Shown here in pieces: positions 37,521 through 51,100 of a DNA stretch of 64,000 nucleotides. The stretch is from Lama guanicoe. Its lineage: Eukaryota. Where the stretch lies: contig MU053934.1 of assembly GCA_013239625.1 (NCBI GenBank), positions 11,815,559-11,879,558 of the forward strand, in the 5' to 3' direction. The notes under the pieces were generated by a model. It saw only the letters and a program-made list of their open reading frames with translations. It had not been told where the DNA came from and made no database searches. A program made the position numbers and the translations under genes. Positions within the stretch are counted from its first letter, which is position 1; each line of letters begins with the position of its first letter.

Positions 37521-38129
37521 GCCCCAGCGCTCCTCTCCCTGCACGGGTCATCCTCTGGACATCCAGCGACACAGCACCCTGTCCTGGGGGCAGGACAGAG
37601 TGACCCTCCCCTGTGGAAGTAACAAGAAGAGCTATGTCCCTGCAGGAGCTTTGGTAGGGCTGAGCAGAGCAGAGGAGGGTCCAGGGGGCTTCAGAGGGAA
37701 AAGCCGCAGCCGAGCTGGTCTGGCCGCTCCCTGGTCTCCGCAGGGAGTGGGCTGGGGGGCCAACCCACCGGCCTCGGAAACCCCAGTAAGGAGGAGTCAC
37801 GGCATCACAACCACATCTTCAAAAATAAGGGGCCAAGGGCATTAAATCCTGGAGGACGGCCGGCACTCTGCTGGGTCCAGCCCACCCCCCGCGGCGGCAG
37901 CTTCCAGGTGATGAGCTGGTGGCCAGGTAGGGTTTCCCAGGGGGAGGGGCCCCTCTTCCCCTCTCCACACTGTCCTCCTCTGCCCAGCCTGCTGCCCTCC
38001 CCTCCCCCTGCCCCTCCCTCACCTCCCCAGAAGTGCCCCATCTGAGCTGAAGTGAGTCCTGAGGGACTGACTGAGTATTTCGCAAGCAACCCTGCCCCTC
38101 CCCTCAGGCTGGCTGGGACGCTGGCTCCC

Positions 38130-38260
38130 ACCAAGTGCATAATTAGCCACAACATCTTTGCAGTTCATCTCGTAATTACAAAGATAATGACAGTTTAAAA
38201 CACATTATTTGAAGTTGTTAACCCTTTCCAACAGACAGCTGAGCGGCTGAGTGCATCATC
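38130..38260. promoter_or_regulatory. Candidate conserved non-coding element
   Basis: CAAGTG 38132, TAATTA 38140 and 38173, AGATAA 38182 and TGACAG 38188 within ~60 bp of non-repeat AT-rich DNA. Confidence 0.4.
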
Positions 38261-39789
38261 CTCACAGGTCTGAAGGGCTTTGTTCCAGCCGCTGTCACAA
38301 AGGGAGGGGCTCCCACGAAAGGGACTTCGGAGCAGCCTGAGGGCCAGCACGACTCCCTGAGCCCCTCCCCTGCTCAACCTCCTCTCCTCTAGGAGGTGGG
38401 GACTCCAGCAAGAGAGCGGGGCTGTGGCAGAAACAGGAAAGAACTTCGAAAGGCAGACTGCGTTACCGTGGAGGGGCCCTGCGTCACGGGCAGGTGGCCC
38501 TGCGGTTGTCTGTGCTGGTGCACAAGTTCAACCCGGGTTCCCGCAAGCGCAGCCTGGACAGAGCACAGGGCAGAGGCTGAGCAGGGAGTGAAATGAAATG
38601 CATTCTATTTTTCTGTTAAAATGAATGAAAATCTGTCTCTTTTTATTTCACAGTTTTTAATTAGTAGTAATTTCAAGGATGAATTAATAGTGGATAAAGG
38701 TGCAAACAGTTGCTCACAACCGGACACGCCTGCCTGAGTTTACCCGGGATCGCGTTTACCCACGGGTCGTGCTCCGGGAGGCCGGCGCCAGGACGGTGTC
38801 GCCGAGGGGAGCCACTAGCCTGGGTCTGGAGGACTGTGACTCCAGAGCGGAGGAGGGAGGTCCACAGCCCCCAGGGACCTGGCTTCCACCCTGACCCACG
38901 GCTCTCACGAGTGCACTCAGACTGTCCACCCAGGAAGCCCGGCCTGGAGACGACTGCCTTGGCTCACCCAGTCCTCCCAGGGCCTGTCCATCTGCTGTGC
39001 AGCCCAGCCTCAGAGGAGGGGCTTTGGGAGTCTGAGCACCCACGAAGAGCATGCAGATCCCTGGGGGGCACCCCTCTCCCCCAGGACACCCCATCTATCC
39101 TGGGACACCCCATCTCCCCTGCATGGGTTGAGGCAGAAGGAAGAGGGACGTGGGCCGACTGCTGGGAATCTGCCAGCAAGCAGTTGTGAGACCAGAGGGA
39201 GAAACGGGGCTGCATTGAGTGAGCAGGAGAAAGTCTTCGACTCACGGAAGCCAAGCGGAGCAGGAAGGCGGCTGGCTGCCAGGTGGGAAGGTTCCAAGAG
39301 GTGGGAGGCAGTGCCCAGATGGGGCTGTCGCAGCAGCCGGGAGGGGACTCCAGGGCCTAATGGGGCAATCGTGTCAAAAAGGTGACTTTAAGAAATTTGC
39401 TCTTGGTTTCAGAACACGAGGAAAGCCAGCAGATTGTTCTGACCTCCTGCCTTTTTCAGACATGAGGGGACACACAAAATGTGAAAAATATTTTGTGAAA
39501 TAACAACTGTACAGACGGACCCCTGCGTGGCCCATACGCCCAGGAGAGCCTGCAGGATGGAGCTTCCGGCCAAGAACTCCAGGACCGCGGACAGCTCCCC
39601 CTCCGCACTCTAGCCTGGACGGGGTGCGGGGGGGGGGGGGCAGCAGATCCGGACGTGGCCCCGGAAACACACCCTGCGGCCCCAGGGAAGCTGCCGTGCC
39701 CGGCGAGTCCCGGGCACGCTGACCACCAGTTCTAGGATGCACACGCATCCAAAGGCGCCCACAGCCCGGGATTGACAGGGAGCCACCAG

Positions 39790-40015
39790 CCTGGGAGATT
39801 TATTAAACATCCGAACGTAATTTTCCATTAACATTTCCTATTTTGGCATCTTAAAGAGAGTGGAAGTTGATTTTGGTTCAACATCCTGTGGGGAAATTAG
39901 TCCATTTTGCTAAAGTATCTTAATAATTACAGTGACATCAAGGTTAATTGCTTAATCTGGATTGCCACCGTGCAGGCCGCCAAATCCCCGTGCAATCTGT
40001 GCTATAATTAGTGCC
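39790..40015. promoter_or_regulatory. Candidate conserved non-coding element
   Basis: AT-rich island with TAATTA 39924, TAATTG 39945 and TAATTA 40005. Confidence 0.4.
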
Positions 40016-40841
40016 AGGGCGTCCGTGTGTAGAAACTGCTCTCACCGCCACAGCAGAACCGGCAGAGTGATCGCTGAGTGTGACACAGAGGACACTGGGC
40101 GGGTGTCCGGGTAGGGATCGTGAGGCTGTGCGGCCTGGCGCTTCGGGGACGGACCGGGCTCTCCAGGCCATGAACGGGGTCCGGGCTGCACTCCTACCCC
40201 CGCCCACTGCCTGGGCATCCCCCACACTCCCCTGAAGGCCCCAGGTGGTCACTACCTGGGCAAAGAGCCTGAGGACACCTGCTGACCGCGACCACAGACA
40301 GGGCCATGAGGACAAAGAGGCCATTTGTGGAAAAGAAGCCTCAGGCAGAGTCTCAGTAGGGCCCCTCAGATCACCCCAGAACCGTAGCAGGAAAAATTGC
40401 GCCAGGACTCGCCAGCACCGGGACAAAGGGGGGCCGAGCCCCTCACCCCTGGGCGCAGGCACCCCGGGGCTTCAGCGTGCACGCGGCAGATGCTGGGAGT
40501 GTGTCCTCCGGTGATGCCCCAGGACACCGGCCGACCCGGGAAGGCCTGCCGTCTGCTTCCCAGGGCCCAGGCCTGCGATTCCTCTGCTGTCAGCAGCTGG
40601 ACTCAGCTTGCTCGAGGCCCCAGGCCACACGGTAGGAGGAGAAGAGACGGGAACTTCCCTGGGCTTTAACTGGTCACCTTCTAGTTAAAACCATCTACGT
40701 GAGGGCTGCCCTGTGGGGCACGGCAGCATGGCTGTGACCCCGCGCTGAGGAGGACGCTGCCCCAGTCCCACGGGCAGGCACCCCAGGGGCTGCCCCATGG
40801 TCTCTGGGCGCCTCCCTCCCCTGCCGTGCCCACCCCCTCCT

Positions 40842-41040
40842 GCATTATGTCCTTGAAAGTTGCTAAGAGTGTCTCTTGAATGTCCTCACCACACACACAA
40901 AAATCGCAATTACGTGGGATGACGGAGGTGCTAACTCGCCCGTCGTGGTGGCCGTTCCCACCACGAGCGTGAGTCAGGTCTCCAGGTTGTGCACCTGACG
41001 CTGGCACATGTCACCCGTCGGCTCTGGCTCAGCGAAGGTG
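40842..41040 (+). mobile_element. L1MA9/10-like 3' terminal fragment, GC-shifted
   Basis: cttgaaagttgctaagagtg...aatgtcctcaccaca...gatgacggaggtgctaact...gttgtgcacct collinear with the recalled L1MA tail. Confidence 0.8.
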
Positions 41041-43934
41041 GCGAGCGGGGAGCACGACCCTCCTCACCCCACCCCGTGGAGACCAGAACGCCTGGCTGCC
41101 CAGCAGACAGAGCGCCCGTCTCCAAGCACGGCTTCCACAGCCCGTCACCCGACTCCTGAGCTGTGGTCCCCAGCTTCGCCCCTCCCTCGCCACCCGACCG
41201 TCACGCCAGCCATCACAGGCTGCGCTGAGTCCCCGGAGCGGACGACGTGGCCCCGCAACCAGGTCGCCATCCAGGGGCAGCTCATCAGCTGGCTTTCTTA
41301 TTTCGAGGACGGCGGGTTTACTTTCAGGATGCCTAACCGGTTCCTGCTCGTTTCTACCAAGGACAGAAGACAGTTATTTTAAACTCCCCTCCCGGCCGCT
41401 CCACTGCGGCTGGGTTTGGGGAGTGGATTCGCCCCTGGCGGCTGGCATCCCGGCCTCTCTCTAAGCACCCTTCTCCCTGGTGCAAGCTGGAGCGTGCCTG
41501 CAGCGTCGCCCTGTGTGGCTGGGGAGTGCTTTCCTCCTCACGGCCCTGCTCTCCCCCCGGCCGGGGTTCTGGGGAGTCTGGGTCGCTCGAGGTCTGGGGC
41601 CCCCGACACCGCAGATGCTCACAGCCCAGGTGACAGAACCCACAGGCGTCTGCCCGGCCCCCTGCCTCCGCTGCCCCAGGGGTGCAGACTCACAGAAGCA
41701 GGTGCCCCAGGCAAGGGGCCGTCGCCCACAGCGCAGGCTCCCGGGACCTGGAGGTGCTCCAGCCGGTCTCTGGTTTTAGGCAGTGGGGGTCTGCCCCTCG
41801 TCCCCTTCAGGGCGCCCGTTCAGCGGCCCCCAGAAACACGTGTCTGCCTCGGTCTGGGGCTCGCCGTGGACGCTCGGAGGCGCGCGTCTACACCGCGTGC
41901 TGTCCAGCTCTGCGGACTGCCTGCGGCCGGGGAGTCTCTCAAAGCGCGGCTCGTGGTGCTGTCTTGAACACAAGCAGGGTTCAGTTGACTAGAACAAATA
42001 GGAAGGTGTCAGAACTGTCTGAGAGTTACAGACAGCACAGGAAGCAGGTAGCTGCAGCGGACAGGAAGACTGAGGGAGAAGGGCGCGTACGGAAGCGAAG
42101 AAGCCAGCGATCAGCCCAACACCGCGCACGTGTCGCCGCAATGACCCTAAGAGCTGCGAGCCCTCCACGAGCACCGAGCAGCGGCAGAAAGCCCCCGCCC
42201 GGCGTCCCGGCCCGGCGCCCCCACTGGGCCCGGCCCCAGAGCTGCTGCTCGGACGACCTGCAGGGAACGCAAGCGGCCGAGGCCCTGCTGGCCTGGGAGC
42301 TGCTGGCCACGGGCCACGCGTCTTTCAGAGGGAGGTTTCCCGTCTCAGCCCTGATGGACTCAGCACAGCCAAGGAAGGGGACCCCGAGCCAGGGGCCATT
42401 GGAGCAGGGGAGTGAGGGCATCCGGCCCGGCGCCCGGGGCCCCTCTGCGCGAGGCAGGGCGCGGGCTGCCCAGACCCCGAGGTGCCAGGCTTCCATTACC
42501 GAGCGCACGGCGAGCCGAGTTATCACTCCACGCTCACTCAGTGATGAGCATGTAATCATCCGGAAACATCACAGTCACGCCCGCACGTCCACGCCAGCGG
42601 GAGGCGCCGTGCTCCGGGCCGGGCTGCGGTGTGGGTTTGCACCCCGGCTGATGAGCAGCACGACCTCAGAGCAGGAGAATCTGGGTGTCCGCTCTGCAGG
42701 GGGCCAGGGCCGGTGGGGACCTCGTCCACCCCCTGCTTCACCCCCAGTTTGGAACAACCCAGCGGGAACGTGGCAGCGTGGGGGGCGGCAGCCAGCCCTC
42801 AGGTGGGCAGCCCAGGCGACACCAGGTGGGGGCAGGGCTTCGGCAGGTGGGCCCAGGTGACGATGCCGGTGACCCGCCCTCGGCCGGCAGAGCAGGGCAG
42901 GGAGCAGCCAGAGTGCCCGGGGAGGAGCCCGCACGCCCCAGGGGGACAGATGAGCAGAATCAATGGTATCTGGGCCAGGACCCCGGGGGCCGGGCCGAGC
43001 TGCTGCCCACACGCCCGCCGCCCCAGCCTCGCCGCCCTGCCTGCCCCTCCCGGCCCCTGCGGAGTGCGGTCCCAGCCCTGTTACCAGCTCTCCCCACACT
43101 GCGCGCTGAGGCGGGGCGGCTCGGGGATGCCATTCTCCATCTACAACCTGGGAGCCTCCGTTTGCTCTGACGTGAGCGGAGCTGTCTGGCGTCGCCGGAG
43201 GTGGGTTTAGGGAAGAATTTCCCAGGCTGGCTACTCGCGGGGCTGCCACTCAGTCTGTGAGCTCCAGGCTGTGCAGGGAGGGGTCCACGGGGAGAAAGGG
43301 CCAGGCAGGGGTCCCCAGCACACACCCGTGTCCCATCGGGTGAGCAGAGCACAGCTCCGCCTGCGTGCTGAGCGGAGGAGGACGGTCAGCGAGCTCCACG
43401 CGTGATGGGGGTTGCCCTGAGTGAGACGTGCTTGCCTGGCGGGGGTCCGGGGGAGCCCACGTCTCCACCGAGACCGAGGGTGACGGGCAGGTGGGCAAGG
43501 GGTCCCGGCAGGGAGGGGGCTGCTGGCCAGTGGGAGCAGCACGGGTGCCCAGGACCGGGGTGCGGATGGGGCGCACAGGGCCCGTCAGGACGGTGGGAAG
43601 CTCCCAACAAGCCTGGAAACAGGTCGCTGCCCCCCAGACAGGCGGGAGGGACGCCCAAGACCCCAAGTTCTCCTGCAGCTGCCGGACCACAGGCCCGTCC
43701 TTCCCACCGAAGCCCATGCCACCCGCCCCGGGCCCTTGCTGAGACCGCCACCTGGGCTTCGTCCCGACCGCGAGGCGACACGGGTGTCAGTGGCCCTCCT
43801 GGCGGCCCGCCCTCAGCTTCCTGGCCTTGAAAGCAGCAAAGCCGTTCAGCAGAAAAGAGAGCAACCGGTCGGTCCAGGAAGACTGACGGACTGGACACCA
43901 AATGAGAGGCACTGAGAGTCTTCAGCAAACGTAG

Positions 43935-44222
43935 GGACAGTTATAAGAGCAAAATATTATCATTTGTCTAACATAATTATTTTCTTGGAAACAGCCAATG
44001 ATTAATAAGGCACATTATAAATACTCCTTGTGCCTCAAATTTCCTCTCTCCAGTCTAATTAACATGCTAGGGAATTGACTTTCTGGTGGGTAAAGACATT
44101 TAAAATATATATTTCATGAAATCCGAGTTATTTATCATAACCTCCAAGGGGAAAACATAAAATGTGAAGAACGCTGCACCATTTAAATACTGTATCACAC
44201 GGCTGCGTTCAAATAAATGAGT
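43935..44222. promoter_or_regulatory. Candidate conserved non-coding element
   Basis: Sharp AT-rich island in GC-rich DNA; STAT-like TTCTTGGAA 43982, PBX-HOX-like TGATTAAT 43999, several TAAT/ATTA. Confidence 0.45.
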
Positions 44223-44809
44223 TCCTCGGGGGCTGCAGGAGGAGGACCCCCGGCGCCCGGCGTCCGCTCCTCACTCACCTCTCAGGTCCACGAAGCGGAC
44301 CAGCCGGGAGGTGCCAAGATCCACTTCCACCCGGCGGACCGGAACCACGTGCCGATCGCCAGGGCCCAGCCCATTCATCTCATCCGGTAACACGCGGCAA
44401 CGCGCACACGGACGGCCCAGAGGTGCAGGCGACTGTCGTCACCCCTCATGGGTGAGACGCTGAGTCCCCTGCACGTGCGGCTTCCGCACGGAGGAGCCAG
44501 GGGTCGCAACTGTCCCAGTGACAGGCTCGACGTGCAGGAAACACAGGACGGAAAGAGGATGGAGCTGGGTGTTGTAAGAAGACGAGGGCTGGGGCCCACA
44601 CCCCAGGTCTGCCTGTCAGGGACTGTTGTCTGCTCATTGGGAGGCAGGGGTGGGGTACCTCCTGAGTGAAGGGCGGAGGGAACCCCCGTGAGGGGACATG
44701 GGGCTCCGTGGAGGCCCCGCCCCACTCTGAGCCCCTGGTGCTGATCTCAGGGGGCCCCAGGAGGACCGAGACCTGCTGGGGCCTCTGGGCTGGGGTGTCC
44801 GTCAGGATA

Positions 44810-45170
44810 CGAATCCTGGAGACTCATTCCCCCCCGTCTTGGGGGCTGGACGTCCGAGGTCACAGCGTCGGCTAGTTCTTCCTGAGGCCTCTGTCCAGAT
44901 CCCAGGCTGGCTGCCGCCTCTGGTGTCCCTGCCTGCAGAAGCATCGCCCGCCCCGCCTCACCGCCCCGCGGCATCTCCCCGCACGTCTGGGCCCGGCTCC
45001 CCTGTTGATAAGGACGCTGGTCGTATTGAGTTGGGTCCCACCCTATTTCAGTACCACCTCATCTTAACTCATTACCTCAGCAGTGACCTTATTTACGCTC
45101 AGGGCCACATTAGCGTCCTAGGGTTTGGACCTCGCTGGATGAATTTAGGGGACGTGGTTCAGCCGCGACC
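44810..45170 (-). mobile_element. MLT1C-like MaLR LTR
   Basis: ggctggacgtccgaggtca...ataaggacgctggtcgtattgagttgggtcccaccct...cctcatcttaactcattacc...gaatttaggggac. Confidence 0.8.
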
Positions 45171-48100
45171 CTGGGAGGCAAAGCCCCACCCGGCCCACCC
45201 GTCTCGTCCCTCCCACTTTGCGGAGCTCACCCCTCTCCCCCGAGCTGGTCCCTGTGGCTGCATCAGGCAGGACAGGGTGCTGGACACGCCGCTGAGCCCC
45301 CCCGGGTCAGGCCCTGCGCCTGGCTTCCGCGCCCTCCTGGTGTCCGAGGGGCAGCTTCACTGAGGGGAGCCTCAGGGCCCTGCCCTGACCCTGCCGGTCT
45401 CTCCAACGTGCAGGGACCTCTACCAGCGTGCACCCCACACCTGCGCAAAAGGCCCCCCACGCCCAGAGCGTGAAGCCACGCAGCATCGGCCCAGCGAGGG
45501 GCACAGCCCAGGCTGAGGTCGCCCTGCCAGGGGAGGGGACAGTGAGGGCTCCCGGCCAGCCCCCAGGCCCTGAGCCTCACCAGTGTCTACAGAGAGAGCA
45601 GGAGGCAATGCAGCCAAGCCTCAGCTGCCGAGGGGACCGGCCCCGGCACCAGTCAGCCCCCGTCCAGGGCCCGCTACTCGCTGGGGTGAGCGTCGCTTGT
45701 GGGAACAGGCCATCGCCGAGCTCCGGCCAGATGAGCACTTTCCACACAGAGACCAGGGCCGCTCCCCAGGGAAGCTCCAGGCAGTGCGTCACACCGCGAG
45801 CTGGGGCCATCGCTCGGGCTGGTTCTGTCGGGGCCGAGGACGGACAGAACACACCGTGCACTGGACAGTGAGGGGCCCCGGGAAGCTGTGACACCCCCGG
45901 GGCCACAAGGACCCCAGGAGACCGGCTCTGAGCGAACCCCTGGTTTCAACGCCAGCTATTGGCTGCCTGATTTACCACAGCCAACGCGTCTCCTCCGAAG
46001 CCTGCTGCTTCTAACCCCCACGACATCCCAGACGGGAGGCACACACTCGTGGGGCCCATATGTCTCTCCATTTTATTTCATCTGAAAAACATGGGACAGG
46101 TTTCCAACCCAACAGATGCAAAGAAGCCTTCATTTCCCACGATTGCCCGTCAAGCCACGTGCTTGCGGCTTCAGTCTCTACTGACAGGAGTGCTGGCCGC
46201 GGTCCCCACCAGACCCTGCGCAAAATGGACCCAGGAGGTTCCTTTGTGACCACGCTGCCGGTCAGGCTCTGACGGGAGGGTAGATTGTCACAAACACCTA
46301 GGCGCTGGCACAGCTCCAGGCGGCAGGGAAGGACGCTGCTGCCCACAGGCTGCGATCCTGGCAGGCTTGTCGTAGGTGGCTATTTCTGCAGCTGCTGGAG
46401 GTGTGACCCGGGTGACCCCAGTCCCACCGGGCTCCCAGACGCCGTGGACACGCGACGCCGGCCCCCGGTGCTGCTGACGGCGGGAGCATTGGGCCTCAAC
46501 GCGGCCTCGGCGCTTGGCAGGGGCTTCTGTGGACGGGTTTTCAATCAGGTCCCAGATCGAAGGGGGAGTTGCTGTTATTTTACTTCAGGTCGGGCTCGGA
46601 GCACACTCACAGCTGTTTGGATGGGCCTTCGCGAGGAAGGGGGACGCGTCCCACTGGTGAGCAGTCAGCCGTCCTGGCGCCGGACCCGACCACGCGGAGA
46701 AACAGAAGACCTGCGAACAAGCAAATGCTTTTGACAAGATAAACCTCGGAATCAACCCACCAGGCGATGAAATCGACCGCCAGATAATCCTTGAAATAAT
46801 CCCCTGGCACACAAGCCGTGGACACTTGGCACATGCGATGCGAGAGGAGCGTCTCCGCCCAGTGAAGAGCGTCCTGCAGGCGCGGCAGCCTCCCCGGCGG
46901 CACCTGCCGTCCCTCCCTCCCTCCTGCTCGGGCGGGGCCCCTCCCACCTCCCGCCTCCCGCACTTCCCGCAGCACCGCCGCGATTTTAGGGCCGACGTTT
47001 CTTTCTTAGCAGAGTTTTCTTTCTGCCAAGTCTTAGGGCGCCAGAGAGAAACGCCCAAACTGTGCAGAAACTTCCGTGCTGCAAATTAGAAGCACAAAGC
47101 ACCTTCCAGAGCGGGGCCCTGAGCGACTCCTGCCTCGGCCGTCGTGGACAGGCCGTGCCGCCTGAGCCGGGACCCGCTCCCCCCGACCCTGGGCCTGTGA
47201 AAGGCCCTCTCCCACCGGCCGTGCTGGCCGACCCTGCCCTCAAAACCCAGCGGCGTCCCGGGAAGGCCGCACTGCTCCCTGGGCTGAGCAGGGCTCCCTG
47301 CCCTCGGGGGGCACGCAGCCTGGGGCGGGCGCCCCTGCGGCCGGACAGGAAGGAGAACCGGGGGTCAGAGACGTGTCCCATTAGAGCGAGAAGCGGGTTT
47401 GTGAACCTCAGCCACGTGACGGGGCGGTGATCTGGCCCACACCACTCAGGAGGCTGCCTCTGGCGGCGCAGGGACATGGGGCTGGAGAACATCAGGGCCA
47501 CCTGCAGAGACGCAGGCAGGGACATGGCAGCCAGACCAGGAGGAGGGCGGAGCCGGAGGGAGGCCAGCGGCCTGAGCCACCGTGAGGGGCCTGCAGGCCA
47601 CGGTGACCGAGAGGCTCTGAGGCGAGAGGGGACGGCGTGGGTGGGGGTGCACAGCCAAGGGGACAGCCGTGCCCCACCCTGCACCCGGGAGCACTGGCAG
47701 AGCTGTGCTTCACACCAGAATAAGCCACAGATGGTTTCAGGTCGGAAAGCAGTGCGCTTGCAGCACCGACCCAGATTTAAGAGGATATTTACACACGCTT
47801 CTCAGACACAGAAGGCAAATGAAACCCCGTCAAGGAAACAGAAACATGTTCCAGGAGATCTTTAGTGACCAGCGGAAAGACAGCGTCACGTCAAAAGCCA
47901 AACAGAAAACGTGCGGGACACTCAGGACAGGAGGGGATCAGGGGCCCCAGGACGGAAACCGACGGTAAAGCACAGACAGCCCCTGTTTTCGAGCGAGGCT
48001 GAGCTGGACAAGCCAGGTAAGTGGCGACGGCACCACAGACACGCAGGCTCACCGGGCCACAGAGACGGCATGTGAGGACGCTGGCCTGGCCTCGGCGTCC

Positions 48101-51100
48101 GGCCCGCAGGGTGTGGAGAGGCGCCACCCCGGGTCGGGGTTGGGGTAGAAGCACTCCGGGCTTTGGGAAGAGACCCGGGGTGCGCGTCGGATTTAAGACG
48201 CACAGACCTTAAGTGCAGTCTTCCCCGCGCAGGACCTATCCCGGCCACACGGCGTCAGCCCACGAGGACCGATGTCCACCTTCCGGGCAGGGTGACAGTG
48301 GAGCCTCCCCTGAAGGACGCTCTGGGGCCCTGGAGGTGGGTTTGGAGCAGAGGGAGCAGAGCCGCTCGAGGAGGCGAGGCCGCAGGGAACCAGCAGGATT
48401 TGCTCGGCTGAGCAGAGCAGACCCCCTTTCATTGTCACCAGCCCTTCCACTCGCGCGCACACCTGGTGATGAGGGGTAAGGACCCTCCGATTCCTCTGCG
48501 CCGGCAGCTCTCCCGCTACCACTGTGAACCCCGCCACCCGCCACCGCCGGCACCGCGGACACAGCTCCTTCTTCCCGAGCAGTCGTCGCGGGAGCTGGTG
48601 CCGCAGCCTGTGCCAGGCGCTCTCTGTGCCGTCTCGGCACCAACATCTTGTCGGTCGGGAGCTGGCGCAGCTACACGGGAGGAGCCGGACCCACCTGACC
48701 AGCCCAGGGGTTCCAGCCCCCGCGGGAGCCTCCGACACTCTGTGCCTCCACCAGGCAGGAACCAATAGCGGGCGCCATGCTGGGCGGGTCACAGCGGCTC
48801 CCGTGAGCTGCTCTGCAATCCTGATTTCAGCTCACGCTGCAGAAGGGCCTCGCCCTGCAGCCCCGGCGCCATGAGCGGAGCCCCCTTCCTCCACGAGGCA
48901 GAGCATCTCGGGACCCAGGATGCAGAGAGCTGCGCGGGCCCGGTGCTCACACGCGGATGCCCCTTGGTGTCTGCTGCCTGCGACCCAGGGAACACAGCGG
49001 GAAACAGGCAGGAGGGCTGGATGCCCCGCACAGAGCAGCGTCTTCCTGCAGGTGCAGGTCCGAGTCTCCCTGGACCCAGAAGCTCAGGGCCTGTTTGGGG
49101 AGGTCAGGGGTCGGGCTGGGGCTGCGAGTCACAGGAGGAGGGGTGTCCCGGGGGCCCCCCACGGGGGCTGAGAGGGTCAGGGCTTGCAGGAGGTCCTGGA
49201 GAGCCCACCAAGCGCGGGGTGAGCTGCGGAGAGGCTGGGCAGGAGGGAACCAGGCCTGGACCAGGGTGCTGCGCCCCAGAGGATGGTGCACGAGGGACTG
49301 AGTGCAGGGTCCACCTGAAACAGAAAGCGTCTCCCCGGCGGCCACCCACCACCTGCTCCCCAGGACCTGCAAACCGCTGTGAGGTCTGTGACCACGTGTC
49401 CCCTCCCCCACATCGGCCGTCCACGCGCACACCACGGAGGGGTGTGCTCAGGGGACCAACGTGCATAACTGGTCAAACTGTGCTCATTGGCCACAGTGGC
49501 CATTCCATCACAGCGACTTTGAACAATGGGCTGCTAAGGGGAGGGGCGCACAGAGGGTGACCGGAGCCACGAGCGCCGGTGGGGAGACTCCACCTGCAGG
49601 CCCCCGCACACGGCACGTGTGACCAGCGCCACTCCCCAGACAACATCCACTTTGTTCCTGGTGAGGTTTCCACTGCCACCACGTTGATCACGGCGCCCGA
49701 CAAGGGGCACTGTCCCCGTGACCTCTGGCTCCCGAGCGGTGGAGTCACGATGCTCTTTGCGAGAGAGGACAGGTGTAAATGAACAGATCACACAAACGCC
49801 CGTCAGCAGGAGCTGTTCTCAGCACAGTTAGATGCGCGTTGTACAAACATGCTGGGGGCCACTTAGGTCTTCCGGACGCTGAGCCGACCCAGACGCGGGC
49901 TGGCGACGCCAGCACGTCCCGAGGGCTGCTGGGTGTCCCTGGCGTCTCCGGGCTGGTCCCGGTGCTCTCCGCTGGTGACGGACTCACTCCCATGGGGAGA
50001 CTTTCACAGAAAGGTCACCAAGGGATGGGTGTTGTAATGGACCTGCCCTTTGCCCCCAGAAAGCGCTGGTCCACTCCCGAGGCCCCACCGCATCACCCGC
50101 ACCCCGATTGCTGCACAACTCTCCTCCGCAGGTGCTCCCTCCCTGAGCTGACGGGGCTGACATCAGAAAGGGCGACATCACTCCTGGGTCCCTCACTGCC
50201 TGTTCCCAAGGGGGCCTCGCTCTCACCCACCCACACACTCCCGGGGTCCCGTGGGACCATGAACCTTCCCACCTCAGGACCACGGGCACTTAACTGCAGG
50301 CGCCCTGCTGCCCCTCCAGCCCCCCTCCCACTGGGCTCTCGGGTGGATGGAGACCTGCCAGGGCTGCACTGGGACCCAGACAGCTCGTTACGCAGCACGG
50401 CCTGACCCACGCAGGCTGATGCATAGCAGGGAGCAAACTACACCCGGGCCAACCCCAGGTGCTGCCGTTTGGGGAGTAAATTTCCTGGAACTCAGTGACA
50501 CCCCGTTTGCTGCCTCGGGGCTGCAGCAGCAGAGAACTAAGACAGGGAACACATGGCCTGCCAAGTCGAGATCAGCCACTGTCCGGTTCTCTATTGGCGC
50601 CTTTTGTGAAAACGAAAGTGCCTGGCGTTTCCTGGGCCCCGGGGCCCTGGACAGCTCATTCACGCCCCAGCCACCCAAGGCTGGCCCAACCCCCAGCTCC
50701 GCCCAGACGCTTCCGGAAGGGCCCGCAGCCACACACAGCCCCGCCCACCGCCCTGCCCCCTCCCTGTAGGGCTGTGACTCGGGCCCACCCTCTAGGCATG
50801 TCACCTCCATGGACACAGCCTCTGTAGGGGCGAGGGCCAGGGGCTCATCCCTCCCCAAGCCGGGGCTCAGAGTATCCACAGCCCTGCTGCTCAGGTTGGG
50901 AAGCGGGGTCCCCTGGCTCCTGCGCCTCACAGGGCCGCCCCTCGGGCCTCACGGTCACGGGCAGGACAGCCTCTGCCCAGACACCGCCCACCACGCCTGT
51001 GGGCCGGCCTCCAGGGGCCGGAGCTGGGGTGTAGGTGCCCCCTCGGCAGGGGTCCTGACCTGCAGCTCCAGCCTCATCTCAGCAGGGGTCCCTTTTTCAT

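Noticed and set aside
41682..42860. 392-aa ORF, longest in the track
   Set aside because: Arg/Pro/Gly/Ala-rich, no recognisable domain, non-ATG start, overlapped by ORFs in other frames; expected in stop-poor GC-rich DNA.
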